Made by a program: the position numbers and the translations under genes. Below the pieces are notes generated by a model. That model ran no database searches, was not told the origin of the DNA, and worked only from the letters and a program-made list of their open reading frames with translations. Below are positions 16,454 through 27,460 of a stretch of DNA of 64,000 nucleotides, piece after piece; the first letter of the stretch is position 1; every line of letters starts with the position of its first letter. This DNA comes from Myxococcales bacterium (lineage in GTDB: Bacteria > Myxococcota_A > Polyangia > Polyangiales > DASUME01), in contig JASGJH010000001.1 in assembly GCA_047601445.1 (NCBI GenBank), positions 4,896,001 through 4,960,000 on the forward strand, read 5' to 3'.

Positions 16454-19400
16454 ATGACACCGTCCATTCCGAGCATTATTGGGCTCACACCTTTCGAGCA
16501 TCCAGACGTTGGACTCGCACTTGCGCTGTCACGCGCGGGCGCCCTGGGCGTGCTCGAGCTCGGCCATGATCCCGTGCTCATGCGGAAGGCGCTGACGGAT
16601 CTTGCCAAGCGACGCGGCGATTCATTCGGCGTGAGACTCCACGAGTTCACCGACCTAGATGCGCTTTCGCTGCCCGACAACGTGCAGGTGGTCATCGCTC
16701 CGGCTGAGCTCGTGATCGCGGCTCATTCGCGCGCAGCGGCGTGGTTACGCGGACGCCAGGTCCTGGCCCAGGTACGCAGCAGCGCCGAGGCCCACGCCGC
16801 GCTGAAGGTCGGTGTCGACGGGTTGATCGCGAAGGGCCACGAAGCTTCCGGGCAAGTGGGGGAGGAGACGACCTTCGTGCTCCTGCAACGCATCGTGAGT
16901 GAAGGCTTCGGCGTACCCGTCTGGGCTCAGGGCGGTATCGGTCTTCACACCGCCGCGGCCAGCGTGGCAGCGGGCGCCTACGGGGTCGTCGTCGACACGC
17001 CACTCGCGCTGCTCGAGGAGGCGAACACCGCGCCGGAGGTTCGGCGGCTGCTCACGAGCATGGACGGCAGTGAGACCGTGGTCTCGGCAGGCTACAGGTT
17101 GTACTCGCGGCTCGGCGCGCGCACCGCGGAACCCGACATGTCCGCGCGCGCGATCGCGCAGCAGCTGGGCGCGAGCGACCCCGGCAAGCAGTTTCTCACT
17201 CTTGGCCAGGATGCGGCCTTCGCAGCGTCCTTTGCGCGCTTCGCTTCGGCGAAGCGCATGGTGCTGGGATTGCGGCGCGCCATCGCGGGGCACATTCGCC
17301 AGGCCCAAACGCTGCGGCCGCTGGCACCCCATGCGCCACTCGCGACCACCCTGGGCACCCGATATCCCATCGTTCAAGGGCCCATGACCCGTGTCAGCGA
17401 CAGCGCGGCCTTTGCCGAGTCGGTGGCCGCTGACGGAGGCATGCCCTTCCTCGCGCTCGCGTTGATGCAGGGTGAGGAGGCCGGCTCTCTGCTGAAGGAG
17501 ACCCGCGCGCGCCTTGGTTCGCGCCCGTGGGGCGTGGGGATCCTGGGCTTCGTTCCGCCCGAGCTGCGGGAGCATCAACTGGCGCTGATCCTCCAAGCCC
17601 GACCGAGCGCGGTGTTGATCGCGGGCGGTCGACCCTCCCAGGCGCGCCCGCTCGAGGAAGCTGGCATCACCACCTTCCTGCACGTTCCGTCGCCAGGCTT
17701 GCTGGACGCGTTTCTCAAGGACGGAGCCCGGCGCTTCGTGTTCGAAGGGCGCGAATGCGGCGGCCACGTGGGTCCGCGCACCAGCTTCGTGCTTTGGGAG
17801 ACCATGGTGGAGCGCTTGCTGGAGGCGGAGCGCTTGGACGGTGTGACCGTGCTGTTCGCGGGGGGCATCCACGATGCTCGTTCGGCGAGTGCGGTGGCCG
17901 TGTTGGCCGCTCCGCTCGTGGCGCGCGGTGTGCAGGTCGGCGTGCTGATGGGCACCGCGTATCTCTTCACGCAGGAAGCCGTGACCCATGGAGCTATCGG
18001 CCAGGCCTTCCAAGCAGAGGCGGTGCTGTGCGAGGAAACGGCGTTGGTGGAGACTGCCCCGGGGCACGCCACGCGCTGCGCGCGCACCGAGTTCGTGCGC
18101 GCGTTCGAGGCAGAGCGGGCGCGCCTGCAGAGCGCGGGCGCAGACGCGCAGACCGTATGGGCTGAGCTCGAGCAGATGAACCTGGGGCGCCTGAGGATGG
18201 CCTCCAAGGGGTTGCGCCGCGAGGGCAAGGAGCTCGTGAAGCTCAGCGAAGAGGAGCAGCATCGCGACGGCATGTTCATGATCGGTCAGGTGGCGGCGCT
18301 ACGGCAAGCACGCTGCTCGGTGGCTGATTTGCATCGCACCGTGTCGGAGGTCTCGACGGCGCTGCTGCAGGGACTGTCGGTGGCCCCGGAGCCACGGCCG
18401 CGCGGAGCGGTGGATATCGCCATCGTGGGCGCAGCTTGTGTATTTCCAGACGCGCCCGACCTGGAGTCGTACTGGTCGAACATCGTGCGGGGTCACAATG
18501 CCGTGAAGGAAGTGCCAGTGCAGCGCTGGGATCCTGCGGTGCACTTCGACGCCCATGGAGTGGGTGAAAAGACGCCCTCCAAGTGGGGCGGCTTTCTCGG
18601 CCCCACGGTGTTCGATCCGGCTCTGTATGGCATCCCGCCGCGCTCGCTCTCGGCCATCGACCCGACCCAACTCTTGGCGCTGCACGTGGCGCGCTGCGCG
18701 CTCGAAGACTCGGGACTGCTCGAGGTGGGCTTCGATCGAGAGCGCGCGGGCGTGGTCTTCGGCGCCGAGGCGGGCAGTGACTTGGCCAACGGGTACTCGT
18801 TTCGCGGTAGCTATCCGTGCTTCGTCGAAGGGGAGCTGCCAAGCGAGCTCGAGCAGAGTCTCCCGCGGCTCACCGAGGACTCCTTCGCGGGGGTGCTGGC
18901 CAACGTCATCTCGGGCCGTGTCGCCAACCGCCTGGACCTGCGCGGTCCGAACTTCACCGCCGACGCGGCCTGCGCCTCGTCGCTCGCGGCCCTCAGCAGT
19001 GCTTGCAAGGAGCTGTCGTGCGGCAGCTGCGACGTCATGATCGCAGGCGGCGCGGATCTCCACAACGGCATCCATGACTACTTGATGTTCGCGAGCGCGC
19101 ACGCGCTGTCGCCCACCGGACAGTGCCGGACCTTCGACGCGAACGCCGACGGCATCACGCTGGGCGAAGGCGTGGCGGCCGTGGTGCTCAAACGCGTCGA
19201 AGACGCCGAGCGCGACGGCGACCGCATCTACGCGGTGATCAAGGGCGTGGGCGCCAGCAGCGACGGCAAGGCTCTGGGACTCACTGCGCCCCGCAAGGAA
19301 GGACAGCTGCGCGCCGTGGAGCGCGCCTACGAGTATGCGGGCATCTCGCCGGCCGAGGTGGGTCTACTCGAAGCCCATGGCACGGGGACGGTCGTCGGCG

Positions 19401-22400
19401 ACCGCACGGAGCTGGCAGCGCTGACCGAGTTGTTCACCAGCGCAGGGGCGCTGCAAGGGAGTTGCACGCTGGGCTCGGTGAAGAGCCTGATCGGGCACAC
19501 CAAGTGCGCTGCCGGCATGGCAGGGTTGATCAAGGCCATGCTCGCGGTGCAGCGCGGCGTGCTGTTGCCCACCAAGAACATCACGGCGCCGAACCCGGGC
19601 TACACCGGCGCGAGCCCCTTCGTGTTGCGCGACAGCGCGGCGCCTTGGCCAGCCGGCAGGCGCCTTGCGGGCGTGAGCGCGTTCGGCTTCGGTGGGACCA
19701 ACTTCCATGTCGTGCTCGCCGAGCACGGGACGTCGAGCACCCCCGAGGCCGCCTTCATGGACTGGCCCGCGGAGCTGTTCGTGCTGCGCGGCGCGGACCA
19801 AGCCACTATGTCGGGCGTAGTCGAAGCCCTGGAAATCAGTGCGGGCAACGCTCAGGAGCCTCGCTTGTGCGACCTGGCGGCCAGCGCCGAACGCATGAAC
19901 GCCGGATCCCCCATTCGCTGCGCCTTCGTGGCGTCTTCGCTCGATGAACTGCGCGAGAAGCTGGGCGCGGCGCGCAGCGGGCAGAGCCAGCCTGGGTTGC
20001 ATTTCGCCGGGGCCAACGCAGGCCCGGTGGCGCTGTTGTTCCCGGGCCAAGGCAGTCAGAGTCCAGGCATGCTGGCGGAACTCTTCGTGGCATTCCCGCG
20101 CCTGCGCGAGCTGCTGGTGCCGCGCGACGGCTTGGTGGACCGGCTCTATCCCGGGGCAGCTTACTCCGCGTCGGATCGTGAGCGGCAACGCCAGGCCATC
20201 ACGGACACGCAGGTCGCGCAACCGACGCTTGGCATGGTGGACGTGGCCGTCGCCCGGGTGCTCGAGTGGGTGGGCGTACAGCCGACCATGCTCGGCGGAC
20301 ACAGCTACGGCGAACTCGTGGCCCTCTCCGTGGCAGGTGCATTCGACCATGAGACGCTGATAGCGCTGTCTTCGGCGCGCGCTCGCTGCATCCTCGCGGC
20401 GGCGGGTGAGGAGCCAGGCAGCATGGCCGCGGTGCGCGCGCCACTCGAGCAGGTGCAGGCTGCGCTCGCCGAGGAGTCAGGCGTGGTCGTCGCAAACCAC
20501 AACGCGCCCGACCAGGTGGTCATCGCCGGCAGCCGTGCCGCGATCGGCACGGCCGTGGAAAAGCTCCAGGCCCGTGGCCTCACGGCGCGCGCCATCCCGG
20601 TGGCTTGCGCATTCCACAGTCCCCTGGTCGCGGGAGCGAGGGACGCCTTCGCTGACGAGCTGGCGCGCGCAGACCTCACTGCGCCTCGCCTCAGCGTGTT
20701 CTCCAACGCGCTCGCGGCCCCCTACCCCGCGGACCTCGTCGAGGCGCGAGACACGCTGGCGAGCCAGCTGGCGCTACCTGTGCGCTTCGTGGAACAGGTC
20801 GAGGCGATGCATGCGGCGGGAGCACGCGTGTTTGTCGAGGCCGGACCGGGCGGTGTGCTGACCGACCTGGTTGGACGCACGCTGCGCGGCCAGCCCCACG
20901 TGGCCGTCGCCTGCGGTGCCAACGAGCGGCAAGGTCTCGCCTCGCTGCTCGAGGCCATGGCGCGCCTGGTAGGCGCGGGCGTTCCGATCGAGCCGCGCGC
21001 CTTGTTCGAGGGACGTGCTCAGCCGCTGGAGCTGGGGGTGCGCAAGGAGCTGTCGGCCACGGTGTGGTTCGTGGATGGTCTGGGCGCTCGCCCCTTGCAC
21101 GGAGAACTACCGGACTTTGCGATGCGGCCGATCACCAAGCGCGTCGCGCTGGGACAGGGAGTAACCCTCGACGAGAACGATCGCGAGGCCACCGTGCGCG
21201 ACTTCCTGCGCACCACGCGCGAGCTGGTCGATGCCCAGCGTGACGTACTGCTGAGGTTCTTGGGCTCTGACGTGGCGGAGCCTCGACCGCGCCGCGAGCC
21301 GGCCAAGGCCGCTCCCAGAACCAACGGTGCCAAGTCTGCTCAAGGCTCTAACAGGGCGCCGAAGGAGCACGTCGAACCCAAGCCGGAGCAGGCCGCGGAG
21401 ATCAGCACGCTGGAAGCCCTGGTGTTGATCGTGAGCAACCGGACTGGCTACCCGACGGACATGCTCGACCCCGACGTGGACCTCGAGGCGGACCTGGGCA
21501 TCGATTCGATCAAGCGACTCGAGATCGTCGCCGCACTACGCGAGAAGGTCGACGTGTCGAGTGCGACGCCCGACCAGGCGACGCAGGACGCCATGGTGGA
21601 GAAGCTGGCAGGGGCCAAGACGTTGCGCACGATCGCGGAGCTGCTGGACTCGTTCAAGCAGGACCCGCGTCGCTCCATGGACACCGGGAAGAAATCGAGC
21701 GCACTCGAGGGCGAAAGCACGACCCCGGCTCCGACCAACGCCAACGGGACGAGCCCTGCGATGGGTCCGCTCGTGGAGCGCTACGTGGTGGATGTCGAGC
21801 CCATCGATCCAGCACGTGTCGATGATGCGGCCGTGGTCGGGCGTCGCTTCGCCATCACGCGGGACTCGCTGGGCGTGGCGGAGGTGCTATCCGGCTTGCT
21901 GCGAGCCAGCGGTGCAGACGCGCGCATCATCGCGGAGGACGAGGTGCTGGGCGAGACCGACGGCCTGGTCTCGCTGGCCCTCGACGAGGCCTCGCGCGAC
22001 GTCGTGCACAATCTGTTTCGGCGGGTGAAGGAAGCGGCCACGGCGAACGCCCGCTGGATCATGGCCGCCACGGCGCTCGGGGGTCGCTTCGGGCACCACG
22101 CCCATGCACGCCACGGCGCGGCTGCGTTTGGCGGAGTGGCGGGCCTGCTCAAGAGCGTGGCGCGCGAGCTGCCCGAAGCTCGCGTGCGGGTCGTAGACCT
22201 GGCGCCGACGGAGGGTGCAGCACAGCTCGCCGAGTACTTGCTGGCGGAGATCCTCGCTGGTGACCAGCAGCTCGAGGTCGGCTACTCGGAGGGCGTGCGT
22301 CGTGCCCCGGTGGTCGCGCGGCGCCCCTCCGCACCGCCGCCTCAGGCCTCCAAGCTGCGCATCGACGACGCGAGCGTCGTACTCATCACGGGCGGTGCAC

Positions 22401-23218
22401 GAGGTATCACGGGCCAAATCGCCATCGAGATCGCGCGCCGCTATCGCTGCGCACTGGAGCTTGTGGGGCGCACTACGCTGGGCGACGAGACCGAGGACGC
22501 CGAGCTGCGCGCCGCCCCTGACACCGACGCCATCCGGCGCGTGCTGATCAGCCGAATGAACGGTGCCGGCAAGGTCAGTCCTGCCGCGGTCGAGGCTCAG
22601 TGCAGGCAGATCCTCGCCGAGCGTGAGGTGCGAGCCACCCTCGAGGCCATCGAACGAGCGGGCGGACGTGCAGCCTACCACTCCGTGGACGTCGCCGACG
22701 AGAGCGCATTCGGCAGCCTGATCGACCGCCTGCGCAGCCAGCACGGGCGCATCGACGGCGTGGTCCATGGCGCGGGACGCATCGAGGACAAACTGCTCTC
22801 GGACAAGACCCAGGAGTCGTTTGCTCGCGTGTTCGCCACCAAGGTCGCCGGCGCGCGCACACTGCTGCAACGGCTGGCCTCGGAGGCGCGCTTCTTCGTG
22901 TTCTTCTCGAGCGTCTCGAGCACCTTCGGCAACCGCGGACAAACCGACTACGCGGCGGCCAACGATGCGCTCGACAAGCTGGCCCACTGGCTGCACGGAA
23001 CCGTGGACGCACGGGTGCTCTCCATCAACTGGGGGCCGTGGCGCGGCATCGGCATGGTGCGTCCGGAGCTCGAGCGCGAATACGACAAACGGGGCATCGG
23101 ATTGATCTCACCGGCCGAGGGCATCGAGCGCTTCTTCGAGGAGCTCCTGGTGGGCACCGAGCCGCAGGCCATCCTCACCGCCGGGCACGCCTCCGCGCTG
23201 ACGGCTGGAGGCGTGTGA
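16454..23218 (+). CDS. Iterative type I PKS/PUFA-synthase-like subunit 1: (FabK-like ER)x2-KS-AT-ACP-KR
   Basis: FMN-barrel motifs (KGHEASGQ, QGGIG; IVQGPM, EGRECGGH, FAGGIHD, MGTAY). KS DAACASS/EAHGTGT/KSLIGHTK. AT GQGSQ/GHSYG/AFHS. ACP DLGIDSIKRLEI. KR TGGARGIT...YAAAN...INWGPW. Confidence 0.93.
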   Translation: MTPSIPSIIGLTPFEHPDVGLALALSRAGALGVLELGHDPVLMRKALTDLAKRRGDSFGVRLHEFTDLDALSLPDNVQVVIAPAELVIAAHSRAAAWLRGRQVLAQVRSSAEAHAALKVGVDGLIAKGHEASGQVGEETTFVLLQRIVSEGFGVPVWAQGGIGLHTAAASVAAGAYGVVVDTPLALLEEANTAPEVRRLLTSMDGSETVVSAGYRLYSRLGARTAEPDMSARAIAQQLGASDPGKQFLTLGQDAAFAASFARFASAKRMVLGLRRAIAGHIRQAQTLRPLAPHAPLATTLGTRYPIVQGPMTRVSDSAAFAESVAADGGMPFLALALMQGEEAGSLLKETRARLGSRPWGVGILGFVPPELREHQLALILQARPSAVLIAGGRPSQARPLEEAGITTFLHVPSPGLLDAFLKDGARRFVFEGRECGGHVGPRTSFVLWETMVERLLEAERLDGVTVLFAGGIHDARSASAVAVLAAPLVARGVQVGVLMGTAYLFTQEAVTHGAIGQAFQAEAVLCEETALVETAPGHATRCARTEFVRAFEAERARLQSAGADAQTVWAELEQMNLGRLRMASKGLRREGKELVKLSEEEQHRDGMFMIGQVAALRQARCSVADLHRTVSEVSTALLQGLSVAPEPRPRGAVDIAIVGAACVFPDAPDLESYWSNIVRGHNAVKEVPVQRWDPAVHFDAHGVGEKTPSKWGGFLGPTVFDPALYGIPPRSLSAIDPTQLLALHVARCALEDSGLLEVGFDRERAGVVFGAEAGSDLANGYSFRGSYPCFVEGELPSELEQSLPRLTEDSFAGVLANVISGRVANRLDLRGPNFTADAACASSLAALSSACKELSCGSCDVMIAGGADLHNGIHDYLMFASAHALSPTGQCRTFDANADGITLGEGVAAVVLKRVEDAERDGDRIYAVIKGVGASSDGKALGLTAPRKEGQLRAVERAYEYAGISPAEVGLLEAHGTGTVVGDRTELAALTELFTSAGALQGSCTLGSVKSLIGHTKCAAGMAGLIKAMLAVQRGVLLPTKNITAPNPGYTGASPFVLRDSAAPWPAGRRLAGVSAFGFGGTNFHVVLAEHGTSSTPEAAFMDWPAELFVLRGADQATMSGVVEALEISAGNAQEPRLCDLAASAERMNAGSPIRCAFVASSLDELREKLGAARSGQSQPGLHFAGANAGPVALLFPGQGSQSPGMLAELFVAFPRLRELLVPRDGLVDRLYPGAAYSASDRERQRQAITDTQVAQPTLGMVDVAVARVLEWVGVQPTMLGGHSYGELVALSVAGAFDHETLIALSSARARCILAAAGEEPGSMAAVRAPLEQVQAALAEESGVVVANHNAPDQVVIAGSRAAIGTAVEKLQARGLTARAIPVACAFHSPLVAGARDAFADELARADLTAPRLSVFSNALAAPYPADLVEARDTLASQLALPVRFVEQVEAMHAAGARVFVEAGPGGVLTDLVGRTLRGQPHVAVACGANERQGLASLLEAMARLVGAGVPIEPRALFEGRAQPLELGVRKELSATVWFVDGLGARPLHGELPDFAMRPITKRVALGQGVTLDENDREATVRDFLRTTRELVDAQRDVLLRFLGSDVAEPRPRREPAKAAPRTNGAKSAQGSNRAPKEHVEPKPEQAAEISTLEALVLIVSNRTGYPTDMLDPDVDLEADLGIDSIKRLEIVAALREKVDVSSATPDQATQDAMVEKLAGAKTLRTIAELLDSFKQDPRRSMDTGKKSSALEGESTTPAPTNANGTSPAMGPLVERYVVDVEPIDPARVDDAAVVGRRFAITRDSLGVAEVLSGLLRASGADARIIAEDEVLGETDGLVSLALDEASRDVVHNLFRRVKEAATANARWIMAATALGGRFGHHAHARHGAAAFGGVAGLLKSVARELPEARVRVVDLAPTEGAAQLAEYLLAEILAGDQQLEVGYSEGVRRAPVVARRPSAPPPQASKLRIDDASVVLITGGARGITGQIAIEIARRYRCALELVGRTTLGDETEDAELRAAPDTDAIRRVLISRMNGAGKVSPAAVEAQCRQILAEREVRATLEAIERAGGRAAYHSVDVADESAFGSLIDRLRSQHGRIDGVVHGAGRIEDKLLSDKTQESFARVFATKVAGARTLLQRLASEARFFVFFSSVSSTFGNRGQTDYAAANDALDKLAHWLHGTVDARVLSINWGPWRGIGMVRPELEREYDKRGIGLISPAEGIERFFEELLVGTEPQAILTAGHASALTAGGV

Positions 23219-26200
23219 TGGACGTCGCCATCGTCGGCATGGCGTGCATGTTCCCGGGCGCCCCGAACCTCTCGAGCTACTACGCCAACTTGTGTGCTGG
23301 CGTGGACGCGATCTCGAGTGTGCCGCCCGCGCGTATCGATCCCAGGCTCTTCGAGGCGCAGCTGCGCGACGATTCCCAGCTCTACTGCGCGCGCGGTGGC
23401 TTCATCGACGCCTATGCGGAGTTCGACTCCCTGGGCTTCGGTGTGATGCCCGTGGCGGCACGAGGAGCCGAACCCGATCAGCTGTTAGCCCTCCAAGTGG
23501 CGACCAGCGCGCTCGAGGACGCTGGCTACGCACACCGCAGCTTCCCGCGCGAACGCACCGCGGTGATCCTGGGCCGTGGCGGGTATTCCACGGCTGCACG
23601 CACCCGACTCGACCAGCGCTTGCGCGGCGCGCAGCAGGTCACGGCCACGCTGCGCGCGCTGCTGCCCGATCTGGATACCCAGACCTTGATCCGCGTACGG
23701 GATGAGCTGCAGGCCCAGATCGACGCCCCGGGCCCCGACGCGGTGATCGGCATCGTGCCGAACCTCACTGCCTCGCGCATCGCCCATCGGCTCGACCTGC
23801 GCGGTGCCGCCTGGACCGTGGATGCCGCCTGCGCGAGCTCCCTGATCGCCGTCGAACATGGCTGCCGTGAGCTCGAGAGCGGTCGCGCGGATCTGGTGCT
23901 GGCAGGCGGCGTGCACGTGTGCCTCAGCGATGGCTTCTGGAGCGTGTTCTGCAGTCTGGGAGCGCTCAGCCGCAAGGAGCAGATCCGCCCCTTCGATCGG
24001 CGGGCCGACGGCCTCTTGATCGGCGAAGGCCTCGGCGTCGTGGTGCTCAAGCGCCTGGCGGAGGCCGAGCGCGACGGCGACTGCATTTACGCGGTGATCC
24101 GCGGCGTAGCGAGCTCGAGCGACGGTCGCGGCGCGACCTTGCTCAGTCCCGCGGTCGAAGGACAGGTGCTTGCCCTGGAGCGCGCCTGGAAGGAGTCGGG
24201 ACTCGATCCTCGCAGTGTGGGCCTGGTCGAGGCCCACGGCACCGCGACTGCCGCCGGTGACCAGGTGGAGCTCACCACATTGGCGCGGGTGTTCGGAGCC
24301 GCCGATGCGAGCGGCGAACGAGCCGTGGTGGGTTCGGTGAAATCCATGATTGGACATGCCATGCCCGCCGCGGGTGCCGCGGGGCTCATCAAGGCGGCGC
24401 TCGCCGTGCACCACGGGACGCTATTCCCCACGTTGCACTGCGAGGAGCCCCACCCGCTGCTCGAGCAGACGCGGTTCCGAGTGATCTCGCGCGCCGAGCC
24501 ATGGAAGGCTGGCGCCCTGCCGCGCCGGGCGGGCGTGAACGCCTTCGGCTTCGGCGGAGTCAACGCCCACGTCGTACTCGAAGAGCACGCGGCCAAGCGC
24601 ACTCGCGTGATGGCGGCTCCACCGCGCAAGGCCGCGCTCGGTGATCGCCTGGCCTGCTTCTCGGCGCCTGATGTCGAGCGTCTGCTGCAAGTCGTGGAGC
24701 GCGGCGCGGAGAGCGTCGACCAGGGACCGGTGCGGGCAGCCTTGCTCGATCCCTCCGAGGAACGCCTCGGACGGCTTGCGGAGATCGTCAAGCGCGGCAA
24801 GGCCTGGCGCGGACGCGAGTCCATCTGGTTTTCGCCCCAGGGCCTGTTGCGGGACGGCGGCAGCGTCGCCTTGCTCTTCCCGGGCATCGACGTGGCGTTC
24901 GAGCCGCAAGTCGAGGACCTGGCGCACCACTTCGGCATCCCGCTGCGTCCCGTGGTGCGCCCCAACACGCTGGAGGAGCAGACCTTTGGGGTGGTGGAGG
25001 TCAATCGCTTTCTCTGCTCGATGCTGGAAGAGCTCGGCGTCCAGGCGGCGCACCTCGCGGGTCACAGCATCGGCGAGTGGAGCGCGCTGATGGCCTCCGG
25101 AGCGTTGCTCGAAGCGGAGCGCACGCGCTTCATGGAATCGCTCAAGCCCGGACGCTACCGTGCCACCGGCGTACCCTTCGCAGCCGCTGGCTGCGACGTG
25201 ATGCGCGCACGCGAGGCGCTGGCAGGCCTGGCTGACGTCGCCATCTCCCACGACAATTGCCCGCATCAAGTGCTGTTGTGCGGGCGCGAATCTTCGCTCG
25301 ACGTGGCCCTCGCACGCCTCACGCGCGCCGGCGTGATGTGCCAAAAGCTCCCCTTCCAATCAGGCTTCCACACCCCCTTCCTGGGCGAGCACGCCGAGCA
25401 CTTCCGCGCCGAGTTCGCGCGTCTCGATCTCGTGCCCCCGACGCGCCGCTTGTGGTCTGCCACCACCTGCGCTCCGTATCCTCACGAGCCAGCTGCCATC
25501 CGCGAGCTCTCCGTGCGGCACCTGCTCGAGCCGGTGCGCTTTCGCGAGCTGCTCGAAAAGCTCCACGAGCAAGGGGCTCGCGTCTTCGTGCAAGCCGGCG
25601 TGGGGAGCCTGACGGGGTTCGTCGAGGACAGCTTGCGCGGTAAGCCTCATTTGGCATTGAACACCAATGTGAAGGACGCGAGCGGGCTGGACCAAATCCG
25701 GCGTGTGCTCCTGGCGCTCTTCGTGGAGGGCGCAGACGGTCTACGGTTCGAGCGCGTGGCAGCGCGCCCGCGTCGCACCATGCAGCTCGCCCTCGGCGTG
25801 CCCGTGGCGAGCGAGTTCACGCCCCTGACCTTGTCCAAGGAAGCCCGCTTGCACCGGGCCCCCGAGGTGACACCGGACAGCCTGGCGGGCGAATTCCGCG
25901 AAGCGCTCGAGGCCATCGAAGCCGCGCAACGCGACGTGTTCGCGCTGCTCGACGCCGACGGCCTCAACGCAAACGAACAGGCCTCCGAACCTGTCGCGCG
26001 CGAGCCCCGCAGCTGGAGCGCACCGCTCCGTCTGTCCGTGGCGCGTGATCCTTCGCTGCTCGATCACGCGCTATTCCCACAGCGCCCGGGCTGGGACGTG
26101 GTGACGGACCTCTTCCCCGTGGTCCCACTCACCATGCTGATCGACCTGGCCATCGAGTACGCGCTCGCAGGGTTCCCCGGCCAAGTGGCCGTGGCCATCG

Positions 26201-27460
26201 AGGACATGCGTGCCTTGCGCTGGTTCGAGGTCGGTGAAGAAGTCGAGGCCGAGGTCAAGTGCAGCTTCGACGGACACGAGCGCGTGCAAGTCCAGGTCGG
26301 CGAGCACGTCACCTGCACCGTGGTGCTCGCGCAGGCCTATCCCGACGCGCCTGCATACGACGCGCGCCCCCCCACGAATCCGCGGCCATCCCCGGTGTCG
26401 GGCGCCGAGGTCTACACGCTCGGGCGGATGTTCCATGGACCAGCCTACCAGGGGATCGAACGCGTCCACGCGCTGGGCGACGACGGCCTCACGGCCTCCA
26501 TCCGGGTCCCTTCGGGGCGCGCTGCTCTGCTGGACAACGCGGGCCAGCTGTTCGGTCTGTGGATCCAGGAGCGCTACGAGTTGAACCGCATGGCGTTCCC
26601 GGTGGGCGCCCGACGCATCCGCTTCTTCGGGCCGGAGCCGGCCTGTGGTGCGCTCGTCGAGTGCAGCGTTCGGGTGCGCTCGGAGAACGACAAGGGCGTG
26701 CTCACCGACATGATGCTCGCCCACGACGGCCAGGTATGGGCCGCCGTGGAGACCTGGGAAGATCGCCGCTTCGAAACCGATGCCCGGCTCTGGAACGCCA
26801 TCTGCAGCCCCGCGCACAACCTGCTCTCCTCCGTACTCGGTGACGGACTCGTGCTCTTCGATGACAGCTATCGGATGGCCACCACGCGCCAGCAGCTCGC
26901 CGCACGCTTTCTCGGTCAGGCCGAGCGCGACGAACTCCGCAGCGTGAAGAACCCGCGCCTGGAGCGTGCCTGGCTCGCCGGACGCATCGCTGCGAAGGAC
27001 GCCGTGCGCGCGCTGATGTGCTCCCTGGGCGAGGCCGAGCTCTACCCCGCGGAGGTGCAGACCCGCGGCGAAGGAGCCACGTTCTCGGTAAGCGTCCCCG
27101 GCGGGCGCGACGTCCGCATCGCGCTGGCACAGTCAGGCGAGCTCAGCGTAGCCGTGGCGTCCGAATCACGGGAACTGGGGCTTGCCTTGCAGAGGGTCGA
27201 GCCGCGATTCTCCAGAATTCGTGCGGGGAGCCTTCCGCGAGGAAGAGCTGCGGCTCGTTCAGGGCGAACCAGAAGAGCAGGCCTGGGCACGCCTGTGGGC
27301 TGCCAAACAGGCGGCTGCGATGGCCGCCGGGGGCGCTGGAGATGCCGCAGCTCTCGGGATGCAAGTGCTCGACCGCGCCGACGCGCGCCTCCTGGTAGGA
27401 GGCACTTGGGTGCAAACCACACGTCACGGCAATTGGGTGATCGCATGGAGTACGAAGTGA
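23218..27460 (+). CDS. PKS subunit 2: KS-AT-DH-PPTase-like, with a +1 frameshift at ~27208
   Basis: TGATG overlap with subunit 1. KS DAACASS/EAHGTAT/KSMIGH. AT GHSIG/GFHT. DH LLDHALFP...PVVP and LLDNAGQ. The PPTase-like tail continues in ORF 27182..27460. Confidence 0.88.
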
